Origin: Klebsormidium nitens
Lineage: Eukaryota > Plantae > Klebsormidiophyceae
Assembly: GCA_000708835.1 (NCBI GenBank)
Contig: DF236960.1
Span: forward strand, 396,847-460,846
Direction: 5' to 3'
Length of the DNA stretch: 64,000 nucleotides
Of the stretch, positions 23,401-37,900 are shown one piece after another. Position 1 is the stretch's first letter. Each line of letters starts with the position of its first letter. The translations under genes and the position numbers were made by a program. Below the pieces are notes generated by a model. The model saw nothing but the letters and a program-made list of their open reading frames with translations. It made no database searches and was not told where the DNA came from.

Positions 23401-26400
23401 TTATAGCAAGGCTGAGAATACTACCTGGATCTATGGAAAACAGAAATGTTCGAGAAGTTTCATGACGCAGTTTTCCGCTTGCAGGCCCACCGATGTTACG
23501 GATTTCAGGAAGGAGGGAACTGCTCAATTTCTCAAAAGGGAGGAGCCCAGCCTCAACGAAGAAGAACGAGTGAGTAATTGATAGGAAACCTCTGCTCTCA
23601 ACCTTCAGCTTTCGTTGAGTGCTCTGATCGATTCAATCTTTTCTATGGCAGCGGGCCATTTGATCGAAGACCAAAGTTGATGAACTGCAAAATCCCCCTC
23701 GTGAATTCACCGCATATACATCCTGTGCTTGCTGGAATTCTATGTGTTACCTATTTCAGCGCAAGGTCTCTAAGACACTGCCCTCCACGCCCTCTCGCGT
23801 GATCGATAGCCTCCGGACACCCATTCATAAAAACATCTCAAACGGGCTTCTTTGCGACTTCCGCTTGTTATAGTCTGGTCTAGATCAATCCCTGCATTCT
23901 TTCAATAAACGACCTACAGCCTTATTCCCGTTTCTTGAAATTAGTTGCTGTCCTGATCATGTTCGGATTCAATGTCGATTTGAAACGCGAGCGCGCCTTC
24001 CAGGGTACTCCCCGGAGCACTCGCTGATTCCGAGAGACTCAAATGTGACCGCCCTTTCAGAGAATCTTGGCAGGTTTGAACTCAAAAACAAACGGTCCGG
24101 TCCGAAGCACGTGTTCCAGAGACAAGTATCGCGTCACAGCAACGCGTTAGCCGTTAGACTGCCCCCAAATTATGGTCACGCGCCCACGTGAAAGGCGCGA
24201 TGCGGCTCTTCAGGTAGTGCGTCGTACGGCCGCGTCACAACTGCTCGAGAATCAATTTGAAGCATTCCTAAACCCGGACCATTACACAAAAACCGTTGCA
24301 CAAGCATTTGGAAGGATCTTCGCGACGTTTATCAAAGGTGAGAAGACGGCTCGCGGGTCCATGGACATTCGAAACGTGCAAATCGTTCTTTAAAATTGGA
24401 AATGTTGGTTCCTTTATTGTGCCCGCATGAGATTCAACACCAAGAAAAGCATAAATTCATTAGCCCAAAGCTACGCGCTTTGCACGCGGCCAATTTCCAC
24501 CAGAAGGCTAACCTCGCCCGTCCCAAGCGCCTGCTCACACTGCGGTTGGGGCACAGGAGAGTAAGAAAGCGAATCCGCGGTCACGTTCGAAACAGGCCTC
24601 AGAGGTCGGCTGTCAATTCAAAATTCACCACTACTTCCGCCAGATCTTCTGTGTTTAGTCTGCGGAGCTCGATCACAGAGTCAGTTTGACGATCTGTTCC
24701 ACTTTTCGTGATTTGTTCCCTGCAGGTTGCCTGTCTGTAGCTTCCGGTGAACACAGACTTTTGACTGTGACCTCAGGCTACCGTTTTCAAATCGGTGACA
24801 GATGTCTGTTTCTTGACACCTTGAATACCCGCCGAATGATCGTAAGCTGCTAAAGCCTACTCTGTGTGGAAATGAACAAATCCTTTTGGGCGATCATCTC
24901 GGAAGCTTGTCAAGTGATTGTCGTCTCTTGGCAGTGATCCGCGTATTGGTTTTGATCGTGGGCAGAAGAGGTGCGGACAGGGCTGACTAGCGCTTATCAA
25001 ACTTCGAGATCGACAAGGTTGTCGACATGTTGGAGAACCTGGTCGGATGTATCTTGGATCTTCTCAAGCACCTGAGAGCTGAGACAGATAGATTCTCAAG
25101 ACAGTTACGAATCTTTTGCGCAGATTGTTGACCCATCATATATATGCATGCACGTTTCGGCCCGACGAAATATCAATACCTAAGCTCCCGGATTGCATGA
25201 CTGGTATCTGATATTTCTACTCTTCAACATTTCCAGGCCAGCCAGCCCCTCTGGACGATGTTGAGATCTTCCAATCAGCTCTGAACAAGATTGTGGAGGC
25301 GGCCAGGCTCAAAGGTGTTAACGGCGAGATAGTGCCAGCGTTTGACGAGAAGGAAGGCCCAAACCAATACACCGCTGTGATCCACGAGCGGGATCGCTTC
25401 ATGGGACTCGTGAGTCGCTTGTCAGACGTTTGGACCGAAACGACCTGGGCCTGGTCTTGAATGACTATGTTTGACCAATCTTGGTTTTGTACTGTCCATC
25501 TAGCGGACCTTTTGGACTACGAACTGCCTGTTAAATTGGTTCAATTCGTGATGCCTGCCGAGCTCCCGGCGTCGTTCAGACCGTCTCCAGCCCATTGTTC
25601 TCACCAAACGCTGTCGTCGATGCTGCTCCTGATTCAGGGTGTGTGCGTCAACTTGGTGAAACTGTTTTGGGTCGTTTGCAGAAACTTGCAAACGTAGCGG
25701 CGGAATACACAACGGTCGTTGCCGTGGTGGGCGCGGTGCACGTACCGAGCATTACAGCCCGCTTTGCCCAGTACAGTACTGGGGACTACCGTAACCCTCT
25801 TAACAAGGCTTGGGCGCAGGATGTATCTCAGGAGACATGGGTGGACAAGGGGCGGGGAGGAGCGGAATCCTTACTCCGAGAAAATGCTCTCCAAGGAGGA
25901 GCTCCTGAAGTTGTCGGAGAACCGGGACGAAAGCAACAGAACTTGCCGGGAGAACAGCAGGTGAGTCAGAAAAACAGAACTAAGTAGGCGTCAGCCTGGG
26001 AAGAATCGTCTTCTTCGTCCAATGAAACTTTGGCAGTAAGCATGTCATGGACTTTGTACCGTGAAGTTTCAACATTTTGGTCCAAGTTGAGAAAGGGGGA
26101 TGCTCCACTGTGCACGAATCTAGGCCGTCCAACATTTCACATCGGATCGCCTAAGTTCATGCAGAATCCACGAAGAACCACTCTCGAAACGGGTTCGAAG
26201 TCCGGCGCCGCAATCCGGCTATGCCAAACAGAATCCAATTCACTGATTTTCAGAGAGGTTTCGTCGCTTACAAGCTTCGACGAGTCACCAAGCGTGGCTG
26301 GGTGACCGTTTCAAGCTGCAGTTCGAATGAAGCGGCTCAGGATCTCTCGCGCCTAGCTACTGTGAGTGTGCCTGGCCTTGGTGTCGATCATTCTTTCTAA

Positions 26401-26786
26401 TCAGCGAACCGCAACATCAGCTCGTTCGTGACCCCGTGCGTCAAAGAATCTCACATATATAGGGCCATGGAAATATCAAACCTGACACCCATTATGGAAT
26501 CAAAAAATTGCTTTTGGTTGAATTCTTGCCTTGTTTCCAACTGCAGAAGACAGGAAGGGAAGATACATCCTTGTCCCTGCCATTGCTTCATCAGGCGTTC
26601 ACGTTCGCGGGAGCCGCTGGAGCCAGCGGCTTCGTCTTTTATAAGTGGCCGATCATAACCGCGGAGCTTGGACTCGGCGCTGTCACAGCGCACGGAGTAA
26701 TAATGGTCGGCCTGGCGGCCTTCACAGCCAATTGGGCGCAATTAGGAGTGTACTTCGAGGACGCTTCGATAGAGCTTCGATCATAG
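20493..26786 (+). CDS. TraB/PrgY-domain protein, paralogue A (9 exons)
   Basis: Phase-consistent exons 20493-21170, 21705-21782, 22144-22224, 22833-22918, 23485-23569, 24214-24337, 25237-25409, 25682-25960 and 26547-26786. Motifs VYLIGTAHVS, PDVVAVE|LDEER, GARVLPIDQP, IHERDRFM, VVAVVGAVHVPSI. Ser/Arg-rich N-terminal extension and hydrophobic C-terminal exon. Confidence 0.88.
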
Positions 26787-27852
26787 GAAAAAGCACCGCT
26801 AAGATTCAAACCTTTCTCTTAAGGATCTGTATAAAGCAAAGTCGAGGACTGATGTCCATTTACAAGATTGAGAAGCAGTCAAAACCCACGATAGGAGTAG
26901 AAGATGCGGATACTAGGGTATATCACTTCACTTGACTGATGGGCTTCTGAAAATAGATTTTCACCGGGCTTCCGGCCACCGGTCGATCATGATCAGGCTC
27001 GGCGCCCCGCGAAGACGAGCGCTAGCTCGATCATGAGACGACCGTTTGGCGCCGTCTACAGCTATGTGCCGCTTCGAAAAAGAATCACTGTAAACTCGGC
27101 ATTCAATCGCAATGAGGGATGTCGACATGAAGTGTCCCAAAACACAACCAGGTACTGACTGTGGCAAAAACAAACAGTAGTAGTTATGATCTGCATAGTA
27201 GTACGTAGTAGAGAAGCAGGACGGTACTGCGTGCATTCACTGGCAGGCGTGCAGTGAAGCACTGCGCCTGACAGAACTACGTATATCATGGCCGTCTGCA
27301 ATCCTTGAGGACTGCTAAGCAGAATCTTGACTGTCATAGAAATAGCATGATGTAAACAAATAACCAAGAGAATCCTGCATCTCGCATTTTTTTGACTCGT
27401 GCGTGGTCCCTTAAATGAAGCCCGGACTTAGTAAGCAAGCAGGTTCTGCATGTCCACCATATTCTGAGCTAATCCAATCAGCTGCTCACGAAGTACGAAA
27501 GAATGAAGCACGAACGGTCACTGGTTGGTATTTCTGGTCGGATCGGTCTAGTGATATCATATGGTCACGTCAAATCGCGCGCAATTCTCACGTGAGGCGT
27601 CTGTGCGTCGCGTTACCCCCCACCGGCCATGACGTGACCGCAGACTCTGCAAGGTTCAAAATAAATTCAAGCGCTGGTTCCAAAAGCCATTCGAAAGGAA
27701 GGTCCGAGGTCAGAAGGCGTGCTTGAGCTGACGGGCTCCTGGCTTTATCATAGAGATGCTAAGCTGGAAGCGCTTCGTTTAAGCGGCAAGCGGACAAGAC
27801 GCTCAAACTGCTAGCTTTTCTAAGATTGTTCATTCAGCTTACTTCGGAAAAT

Positions 27853-30800
27853 ATGGCGGCCTTCGCGGCGGCTTTTGCTCCGAGGTTTACGTTCTCACCC
27901 CTGCAACTCAACGAGCAAAAACGCCCCTGCCGTTCAGATGCAAGGCTGATGAATATCGCCGTCCGTGCTCATGACAAGGCGGGAGGTATCAGGCCAGGCA
28001 CCTCAAGCACAGCACCATATGTGGGCTTGTCAAAGCAAGTACCGGTGAGGGTGGATTCCGAGGGGGGTCCGTGTTGCAGAGTGAGACGGGAACACCGGAG
28101 CCAGGATGCTGGGCGAACTTTAGTCCCATTAAATTCTAGGAGTAAGGCGTGGTTTGGTAGTAACGGCAGAGAGCAATCCCCTTCTCGAACGACCATTTAT
28201 TCTGAGTCCTACAAAGACGTTGGAGCAGGGTTGAAAGCTTTCCCGCACTTTGTTCCAGACTGCCAGGACCCTTCAGCATCTCAGACTCTCGCTGCCAACA
28301 AAGGCGAGTCAGGTCCAGAGACACCCCCGGAGCAACCCAGCTCAGGCGACTGGGAGAATGATGCCCAGACACGCCGCAACATTTTCGAGAGCCCACATTA
28401 CCTCGAGGAACTGGCGCTGCCGGAAGACACCAAAAGGTTCATTCGCGTCCTCAGAAACCCTTACGAGGGAAGCCTGCCTAATTGGCACCAACCACGTGTC
28501 CCAAGCCAGCGCAGATGACGTCAGGCTGCTCATTGAGGCGGTCACGCCAGACGTCGTGGCCGTGGAGGTGCGGTTTCACGCAGTGCCTACAAATTGAAAG
28601 CCTTCGCCGCTTTGCCGGGGCCTTAAGTTTTGGACCTGTTGCAGTCACGCCCTCGATTGCAAATCTGGCTTTCCGTAGAGATAGCCGTAGCACAGCGTTT
28701 GCCCTCTCCAAATAAGGATTGGAAGACAGTTGCTGGTCAAAGTCCACTCATTATATCTTTGTTGAAGTGAGTTCGCCAATTGTCCGGCCTTCTCAGACGA
28801 ATATATGCCGGACAGAAGGTGCTCCTCAATTCTAATTGGTCGGAGGCAATCTGAAGCCTGCGGCGAACACTGGCGATCAAGCTTTTGAGTCCACCTTAAA
28901 AATTTCTTTACATTTCTCAAACAGCTGGACAATGACAGACTCGAGACGTTCAGATGGATGGGGCCAGCTAGAGTTCCATTCCAAACAACGTTACAGGTAA
29001 GTAGCTCAATATTTTGAAAGGCACGTTCAGACCATTCGGTATCAAAAGTGAACAGTACGTACGTGAAGAGAGCACGGGGCCGTGGGCTCTTGTCTTGGCT
29101 GTTGACAATATCCCCAAGAACTTTGCACTTCAAGTTGATGCTTGGCAAAATCACCACTGATATGGTCGGGCCGGCCACCAAACGTTCCTACGATTACAGC
29201 TAGAGGTACTCTCATACCATCTTCGGTTTTCCTACTTCAGGCGTTAAACACCGTACACAAGGAGTTCTCGGGGGATTTCCGAGAGCTCTGGTCTTATTAT
29301 CTTGGCATATTCTTTGCCCAGGTGGGTATTTTCAACTATATAGCCCACTTTTCAAAAACGTTCCTTGAAGATTAATCAGCGCTATGATACTAGGCTTCGT
29401 CCAGGCAAGTGGATTTTAAGTTTTGCAAGAGTAGGCAGACTAAGGACGTACGCGAGACTCCAGCCACTATATAATTCTTGACTGCTAGTGTGAACTCCTT
29501 TGGGCATTTGAGTTTAACATTTTTTGTCTCTCGACAGCTTCAAGATGTGGATCAAACCAGAGATTGAGCGCCCAATCAAGCTCCCGCTTTCTGAACGGTA
29601 CTAGCTGCAACGGACACCGGACTCGGTCGCGGAGGCCCGTATCCATAGATTCAGATTTAATTTGTCGAAAACTACCGCTGAATTTTCTCTTGAAATGGAA
29701 TTACTGCAGATTTCGTCCTAACGTGCCGCCTCGCAGCAAGGGTTGCCAAGGAAACGTCCGAAAGAGCCATTTCTAGACCGGCCAGACATGTGAACACCCT
29801 GCATAAATACATACTGGTGCCTATGATCCGCCCAAAGTCAGTAGTGATCCTTAATCGCCCATGGGATTATCATGTCGGCTGACTTTACGCAGGCTTTGGG
29901 CGTACCTTATGGATGCGACTTCCGCTCGGCCATTCGCGCGGCCGAGCGACTTGGCGCCCACGTCGTGCCCATCGACCAGTGCGTTCTGGACTAGGAATCT
30001 TAAGGTTTTAGGTTTTGCAGTTTGCAAAGTATTGTTCTTTGAAAGCTGCTTCTGACCCTGGGCTTTCCTCCCGCTTTTTGGCAACACAGGTCCCGCTTTG
30101 CGGGTCTCTGAAGCGGCTACTGCCAGTTGTAGACCAGAGCACAAAGGTGTCCACAAAATCCCTTCTCGGCTAACTGAAAATGTTTACGAAAACTTATTCT
30201 ATTGCACCGCCAATCGTAGTGACCGATTTTATTCCTCGTTTGAAGGCCTCTGATTAGGAAGGCAGATGTATAGGCCTTATGCATAGGCATTAATGATTCG
30301 ATGAAGGCAGAGTTCGAATCAGATCCCACGAAATAAACCAGCCAGCTTCCTTCCGAATGCAATCAGACCAATCGGAGCATATTGCGGTGATCGCCAGTCT
30401 ATTAGTCGTGTTTGAGATATTATTGCTGTCGATCCCTTATTTATCAGCACTGAGAATCGAAGCACTAAACAAATCAAAACTCGCAGAACCCAAAGTCACG
30501 ATCTTTTACCTTTATCACTGCTGCAGACACAGCGACTTCACGGAGGAGAGGAAAAAGGAGATTGCGCGAATCCTCGAGGAGAAGAACGCCCGCCTCAGTT
30601 TAAAGGAGAGAGTACGTGATTTGCCCCATTCTAGAATGCTTCCAGCTTCATGGATGCAACGTCTCAATCGTATGCAAACACTATAGGATACTGACCTGCA
30701 ATGTACCATGAAATGTTCCAAAACGCTTTCCCAAACAGCCGACCGCTGAACTATATTCCGCTTTTATGTCCTACTTGGTATAGCACGGCCTGACTAGCCT

Positions 30801-33041
30801 TTCTCTAGTTACCATTTAAGATGAATTCAAAGACTTTAGTACCCCTCTGGTACTTTTCTCATCACTATTATTTTGACTGATTTGATCGTCTGGTTCTAAC
30901 GTAAGTCGGCTGGCATTCCGGCAGCATCCCGAGCCCTTGAAAAGCTAGGCCCGGTGTCTTCTTTGTTTTTTCAGGTCACACGTCTTGCGGAATCATTGCG
31001 ACGGATCAAGAATGAATGGAGAAACCCTTTGGCAGCGGAGGATGCCAAGACTGCAGTTAAAGCACTTGCGGGGATCGTAACGGCTTTTTTGACAGGTGGG
31101 TACAGGTTTGCAGGCTCCAGGAAAACCCACTTTTCAGCGCAGACTTCTGCCAGTCTTGTATATTGCCACGTTCGAGAAGGCCGCAAAGAACCTCGGCACC
31201 GTTGCATCCCATATGTATCGCTTATAGCTGATCGGGGGGCTTCTTAACCCAGAGCGTCGATCTCCATTTTTTTGGCTACCATTTTCATTTTAGCTGGAGA
31301 TACCGGCTCTCCCAAGATGCAACACTGCAGACCGGCCTTTGTTAGAGTTCTAATATATATATACAAAAAACACCGTTTGGCCCGTAGTCTTTTTCGAAAC
31401 TAAATATGCAGAAACTCGATCAGTCTCGATCTTTTTGACATCAAATGCATCCAAACAGGGTTAATTGCTACTCTTATACTTGCAGGCGAGCCTGCCCCTT
31501 TGGACGAGATTGTAGCTCTCCAATCTTATGGGAACAAGATCATGGAGGCGAGCCGGCTCGAAGCTTTCAAGAACGGGAAAATGCGGGAACTTAAAGAGAC
31601 GGGAAAGCAAATCGATATACTGCTTCGGTCCATGAGCGGGACCGTACGATGGGGCTGGTGAGTCGCTTGTTTTAAAAAAGGCTTGAACTGCGCCTTCTCC
31701 GCACGTACTCTGACCACTGTTTAGAATTTTCCGAACAGCATGTCCGTCTACTCACTGGACCATTCACATGTCAAATTTTGCCTGCTCTTGACAAGTGTCA
31801 AAAGCGGTGAGCTGGCCGGAGGGAAACGACCATATTTTGTTTGGGTCGATTACGCGTCATAAGGAAGCTGCACTTGGTTTCTTGATCACAGGAGCTTGCA
31901 AGGATTTCGACGAGGCACACGAAGTTCGTTGCGGTGGTGGGAGCGATGCACGTGCAGGGAATCATACTCCGCTTCGCCGAGTACTGTGCGGAGTTCTGTG
32001 CTCCTTCTGCTCAAGAGGATCTGGAAGAAAGATTTGACAAGGGTCCGGGGACTTCTTTAGACAAGGAGAAACGAGGGGTGCACCCCTTGCTCCAACAGGA
32101 CGGGCTTCCGGTAAGAGCTCAGACGCAATATGCACGAGAAAGGACAGAGATCGTTTGAGGAGATCGGACTTCTTCTGACGTCCATGAAGCGATAATATAT
32201 GTCCTTCCAAAGCGAGGAACATTGAAGTTCATTGCACGAAGTTTCGCCATCTGTTCCAACCAATCCAGCGGCTGCTGAACGATTGTAGAGCGGGAATCTC
32301 CCTTATGCATGTATATTAGGCCGTCCGATGTTCAATCGGGCTGCAACGATTCCATAAGGAGCAACGGTTCCAATAGTTTCCATCAGGAGCTTTTTCTCTG
32401 CTCGGAATCGAACTCTCGCTGCCCGTTCGTGGAGGCCCGTGACAAAGTGCTGATCCTACGATACGTCGGCGTCACCTAAAGCAATTAAAAAGTCGAGCCC
32501 GACTCAGATCGCCGTTCGATCTTGCAATTTGACTCAGAGCATGTCTTAGGCAGTGCACAAGCGCTCGGGCTGGCTCAGGTGTCCATCGGAGTTCCCCCCC
32601 CCTATCAGGTCTTATAATGTCCCGTCAGTCGTATCTTGATCGCCCCGAACATTACGTACGTTAACGAAGTTTGTGTAAAACAAATGATGAAAAGACGAGG
32701 TGATCAAACTTGATTCCCATCCCTGTTTTCGACTGCAGAAGACGCCAAATCAAACGAAGCTGGAACTGCTTCGCCGGGGCGTTACCCTCGTTGGAGCAAG
32801 TGGGCTCTGCGCCTTTGCCTGTTGCAAGTGGCCAACAATAGCGAAGCTTGGGATTGGCGCTTTTACAGCGCACGGACTACTGAAGTTGGGCCTGGCAGCC
32901 TTAACGGCCAAGTGGGCGGAGTTCGGAGAGTACGTAGAAGCGGCTTCTTCAGAGCTTCGTAAACAAGAAGATCCTGAAGAAATCGCTTTTCAGGAGTGGA
33001 TGCAGGAACTCTCAGCTGGACGGAAGGAGCCTTTTGCATAA
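27853..33041 (+). pseudogene. TraB/PrgY-domain paralogue B, frameshifted (probable recent pseudogene)
   Basis: Exons 27853-28567, 28925-28996, 29241-29321, 29893-29978, 30527-30611, 30975-31095, 31486-31657, 31892-32110 and 32739-33041 mirror paralogue A. Five nt (gtcta) are missing at 28476/28477 relative to A. Exon 7 is 172 nt versus 173 in A, which puts VHERDRTMGL out of frame. Confidence 0.8.
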
Positions 33042-34940
33042 GGAGGAGTTGACACCGACAGTAGAAGTAGAAGGTTGATGGCACCCCAACTTAAGACGAC
33101 TTGCATTTGAGAACTATAAACTTCAACTGAACGTCTGCAGATATTTAGACCTCCGCCCGTTCAACAATCTGAAGTACGATAAAAAGCTAGCCTCAAGAGA
33201 CGGCTTGATCGAAAACACTTTTGGTCAAGATAACATGACCATGCTTGCTACAGTGTAACTTCCGAATCTTCATTTGCCTTTTCAGCCTGCGCCGGCTACG
33301 ACTTCCGTATATGAAAGCGGTTGCTATTCAAGCTGCTGCAGGTAGAAAAATCTTGATCCCGCGAATCGGACAGCCTAACGCTATTCCGTCCATTTCGCAC
33401 TTTTGGCTTGCCGCTCGTGTCTGCCGACCGGCGGAATCGTTTGCCTTCCTGAAAACAGGACACTTCCTAAAAGCTTCTGCCCTTAGACTTGTGGAATGCC
33501 AAGAGAATGCGCTCGAGCTAGTGGCTAGTCGCCTTGCACGCATTCAAACATGGCGGCTTGCGTTATCTCGCCATCCTCATCGAACATCATCGCAGGCTCC
33601 GGCAGATTGTGTGGCCGAGTCACGGTGAAGACGATCACGTATGATTTCAGTCTTTAATGCACCTTGCAGAACCACTGATTTGGCTTTTCTGGAAAGACAG
33701 CATAACCGGACTCACAAATCCAACAGCAAGAATCTACAAAGTCAGGGGTTCATCGATAGGATTCTGACTTCCGTTGATCAGTGGCGTCGGATTGCCTGGA
33801 AATTTGTTGCCCAGCGCTCTTTCAGCTCGCACTGAGGAGCACGATTGGGCTTGATCGACTACTGAACCTTGTAAATTCCCCAGTACGTTACACCTCTTGG
33901 AAGTTTCAGGGGCGGCTCAGACGTGCTCTCGAAACCTAGTATGCTTGAGCAACTGATGCGGCCAATCCTCTCCTCCGAGGATACTCTTACGCTCGAAGCG
34001 CTAGCTGCGGCCCAATTCTGTCCCGCCTTGACTCAGGGACACTTCACTCGATCAATAGCGTCTGGCGAGCGTAGATCCTGGTTTGAAGAACTCGTCCAAG
34101 CCCTTCCTTATCAGTATGTTACAGTCGACTAAGGCCTTCTGATCACGCACGAACAATACTATCGGCCGGGCCGGTCGACCGTGACTTGAGCCTGCCAGTC
34201 GCAGCCGCCACCGCGCGTTCGCTGAGGAGCGCTCGCCCTACTGCAATGGACCGGTACGGAACGGAAGGTCCACGTTCGACCGGATTCCCTTGCTTGAAGT
34301 AAATGGCTGACTTACGCTTGCGACGAGCACGATCGATTCATGACAGATATTGCGCAGGGCTGGAGTCTTCGTTGTGCATGGATCTTGAGTGCTTGCAGTG
34401 CAGGACTTTGCCGCCCCGGTGACCAAATGGCACATTTGGGGCGCGTATCTGAAGGAAGCGCTTAGCGAACAGATTGGCAGCGGCAGAAGGCGACGTGACG
34501 ATGACGCAGGCGCCTGAAGAGCCATCTCAATCTAAAAGTCATAACGAATGAATGTAAGCACTCAGGCATCAATTTGCATTGGTGAAAAAGACGTTGTTTT
34601 GAGATCGTCAGGGATGCATGGAAATCGCAACTCCTTGAAGAATGTGACGTTTTTGCCACGCCTACTCTCTGGCAGTCTGATAAGACAAGACCCGGACTCT
34701 ATGATCACTCAGCTTGAATTCGTATGGTTTTCAAACCAGAAACATTTATCACACACATAGTACATGTTGAAGTTGATGAAAGATGCTAGAACCTACTTAG
34801 CTTACACCTTTGGGTTCTACCCCAGTGGTTGCCGACGCGTCCCTAGGCACCGCCCCTCATCTCTTATCAACGTACTTGAGAGCACGTCTTCTTCTATTCA
34901 ACGGTATGATGTCCCAGCTTCTTTGAGAAAAGTTGAGAGG

Positions 34941-37900
34941 CTAGTCGCTCGTTCCGCCGGCTCCGCTGTTTCCGGCGCGTGTCGCTCCTTCCAGGTACGC
35001 GCCGAAGTGAGCCCATTCTGCGGTAAGGGCGGCGAGACCGATCTGGATACCGCCCCCGGTAAGAGCGCCGCCAGCGCCCAGCTTCAACATAAGGCGCGGG
35101 CGCTTATAGCAGGCAAGGGCGCCTATTGCGATGCCCGCCGCGGCCGCCGCTCTCCCGCGCGTGATCTCCGGCAGTCGGGGGGCTTTATCGGTTGGCGCTG
35201 GCTTCATACGAGCTTGAAGCTGCGTGGATGTTTTGTGAACCGAGCTCATTTGGAGCAGGAAAAATGAGCATTGAGCATTTAGCAGAACAACGTCCTGAAT
35301 AAACGCTTCGCTAGTGCGGCTCCTCAATGGTGGATTGCAAGCGGCAACAGAATGGCCACAGATCTTTGCCTGCTATATCCCCATTATTATTCATTGAGTT
35401 CAAAGATCTTTAAGAAATTCTTTTCAGACAAATCCACGATCTGCTAGAAAAGTGAACCCCGCGAATCTAATGAACAACAATTGCACTGCAAGTGAAAATT
35501 CTCAATCGATCTTTTCAAATTGGCCATCTGGTGCACTGATCACTCGCCTGTTCGGCTTCCCACTCTGCTCGTTGCTTCTCCAGCTCTGCTTTGCCCTCAT
35601 CACTGACGTGAAACTCCAAAGAGTATCTAGCGAATTGGGCAGTGATTCCAGGGACGTGTGCGGCCCCGACGACCGCCACGACTTTCTTGTGCTGGGCCGC
35701 CAGCTGGGCGAGCGTCTGCGAGGCAAAGCATGCCCGAGGATGTATATCAAAAGTCTGGTAGTCACATATAGGTAAATCGTGTGCGACGCGAAAGCCCATA
35801 TTGAGTCGAAATTCAGGTATTCTGAGGCCACGCTGACCTTGAAAGCATGTCCTAAAGCGTCTGCACTTTATTGTTTTTTAATCGACCCAAGTTCCCTGAG
35901 ACGATTCAGGAACTAGAAAAGTCGCGGACGGGGAGCCCAACGCCGTGCTTCCAGATGCCAGTCCTTTTTGACTGACAGATAAAAGGAGAGTGCCCAGACT
36001 GGCGAGAGATGCGCCGCGTCTTTTGTGGAAACATCGGCGGACGGGCGCCAGGATATTCGACGTGAATTGATGACTGGAGAGCACTCACAAAGGCCATATG
36101 ATGGTCCCTTTCGTCAACGAGCGCGGCCTTCACGCATGCGTAGTCTTTGTTGGTCGCCCAATCTCCCTGCAGCCCATGGTCGAAGCTGTCACGTCGCAGT
36201 TTCTCAACGGTCCTTCTGCCGCAGGCGCGGTAAGCGGCGACATCGGCCAACGGCACCGGGCGTCCTGTTAAGGCACAAGGGGATTCTTGTTTTGTTTGGG
36301 TCCGGCAGGCCGGATCGAGCCGGCGCGACTTACGTCGCAATGAGTCAATTTTATCAGCTGGCCCATCGACATTTCAGGATTCAGAGCCCCTGTTCTCGTC
36401 TTATAATCAAACGGCATTCTTGAACTTCCAACGTTCTCTCGGCCTCGGGCAGTCCGATGTCTCCACTCAGTCGTTTAAAGTGAGATGCCTCTGCGGCTTG
36501 ACATAGTGGCAGAGATGTTTGCTTTTTCACTCTGGTTTTCGGGTATATCTCCGAACAGTAAGAAGCACGATACCGTCTGACAGATGCAATGGACTGGATG
36601 GAGCGATTAGCAGATTCTTGGCTCGTCTTCCTTCAAATCTCGATCTGATAAGTAACCGCTGCAAGTCCTCAAGAATCTCAATTTCTCATGCATTTTACTG
36701 GAAGTTTCAGGACAAAACGTCTCACCCTCACGGTATGCTGCCAAAACTCTACCGAAGGCTTCTTTGACGCCTTCCGGATCCTCGCAGGGGACGAGTGCTT
36801 CTTCAAGGTCCTTGGCAAAAGCAGCCTTCACGGACTCCCACGTAAGCTGCATCGTAACGTTGAAACGAGCAAAATTTGAGCAGGTGCCAATCAAGGAGCC
36901 TTTTCGGAATGGACATTTGTAATTAAATACAAGCTGCGGTCCAGAGCTTGTCAAAAGTGTCACCGGTTCTGTCACTGTTTCTCAAAGCTTCAACATGTCC
37001 CAAGCATAAAGCATCCGGTGTCAACGGAGATTTTGCAAATTCGAGAGCCACTCAAATCACGGTAAGGTTGATGGATTGCATACCCTAGGCTGGGGTTCAT
37101 CCTTCTCTGGCTCGCCGAACATGATCTTCCAATGTTCTTCCGCAACCTTCGCACTGGTTCTTGCCCAGTCCCTGGTTCCAAAGATATAGCGGAAATTAGT
37201 AGGAACATTTGGTACACTTGGGTATGAAGACTGTGTACCACGCCATCAATCCGTTCATAATCTAGCTGGATTCCAATATTTCTCAAAAGTGCGCTTCACG
37301 AATATCTGTTACAAAGGCCACTGAAATTGTTCTATTGCATCTCACCCTCTGTTCCGGGCTGAGGCCTGGGGTTCGGCCTTTTGCAAGCAATCTCCGATCT
37401 GATCCTTTTGATTGAGGGATCTAGAGCGTGACTGAGGGTTTGATTGAAAGATACTTAATTGACGCAGCTCACTGGTCAATGGTCTCAACGGGGATTCTAA
37501 AGCGACGAGCGGTCCGCACCGCAGACTCAAGGTCGCACGCCTGTTCTGCGCCTAAAAACTGCACATTGGATAGTCGGCACGTGTCATCGAGTCGTACGTT
37601 CCTTGGGGAGTTGCCCGCGTTCACTTGAAAACGAAGTCGAAGTGATTCAAATTGGGTAGGCGTACTTGATGGGAGATGATGATCAGCTTTGAATGGCCTG
37701 TTCGCGGTATTCCAAACGGTAAGACGTAGGATGAAAGTATACTTTTAAAAACTAAAGAATGAAGATGCGGTTCGATTTCGAGTGGGCTCTATGAGCGAAC
37801 CTCTGTAGAGTAGATACTTGCATCCTGTCATGAAAGTGTCTGGTTTTACTATATTACACTGGCAAACCCCTGGTAGGTCGGTGACAACTTAGGAGTCCGA

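Noticed and set aside
26191-26212. GGTTCGAAGTCC resembling a tRNA T-arm
   Set aside because: The spacing is wrong and there is no acceptor stem, D-arm or anticodon arm.
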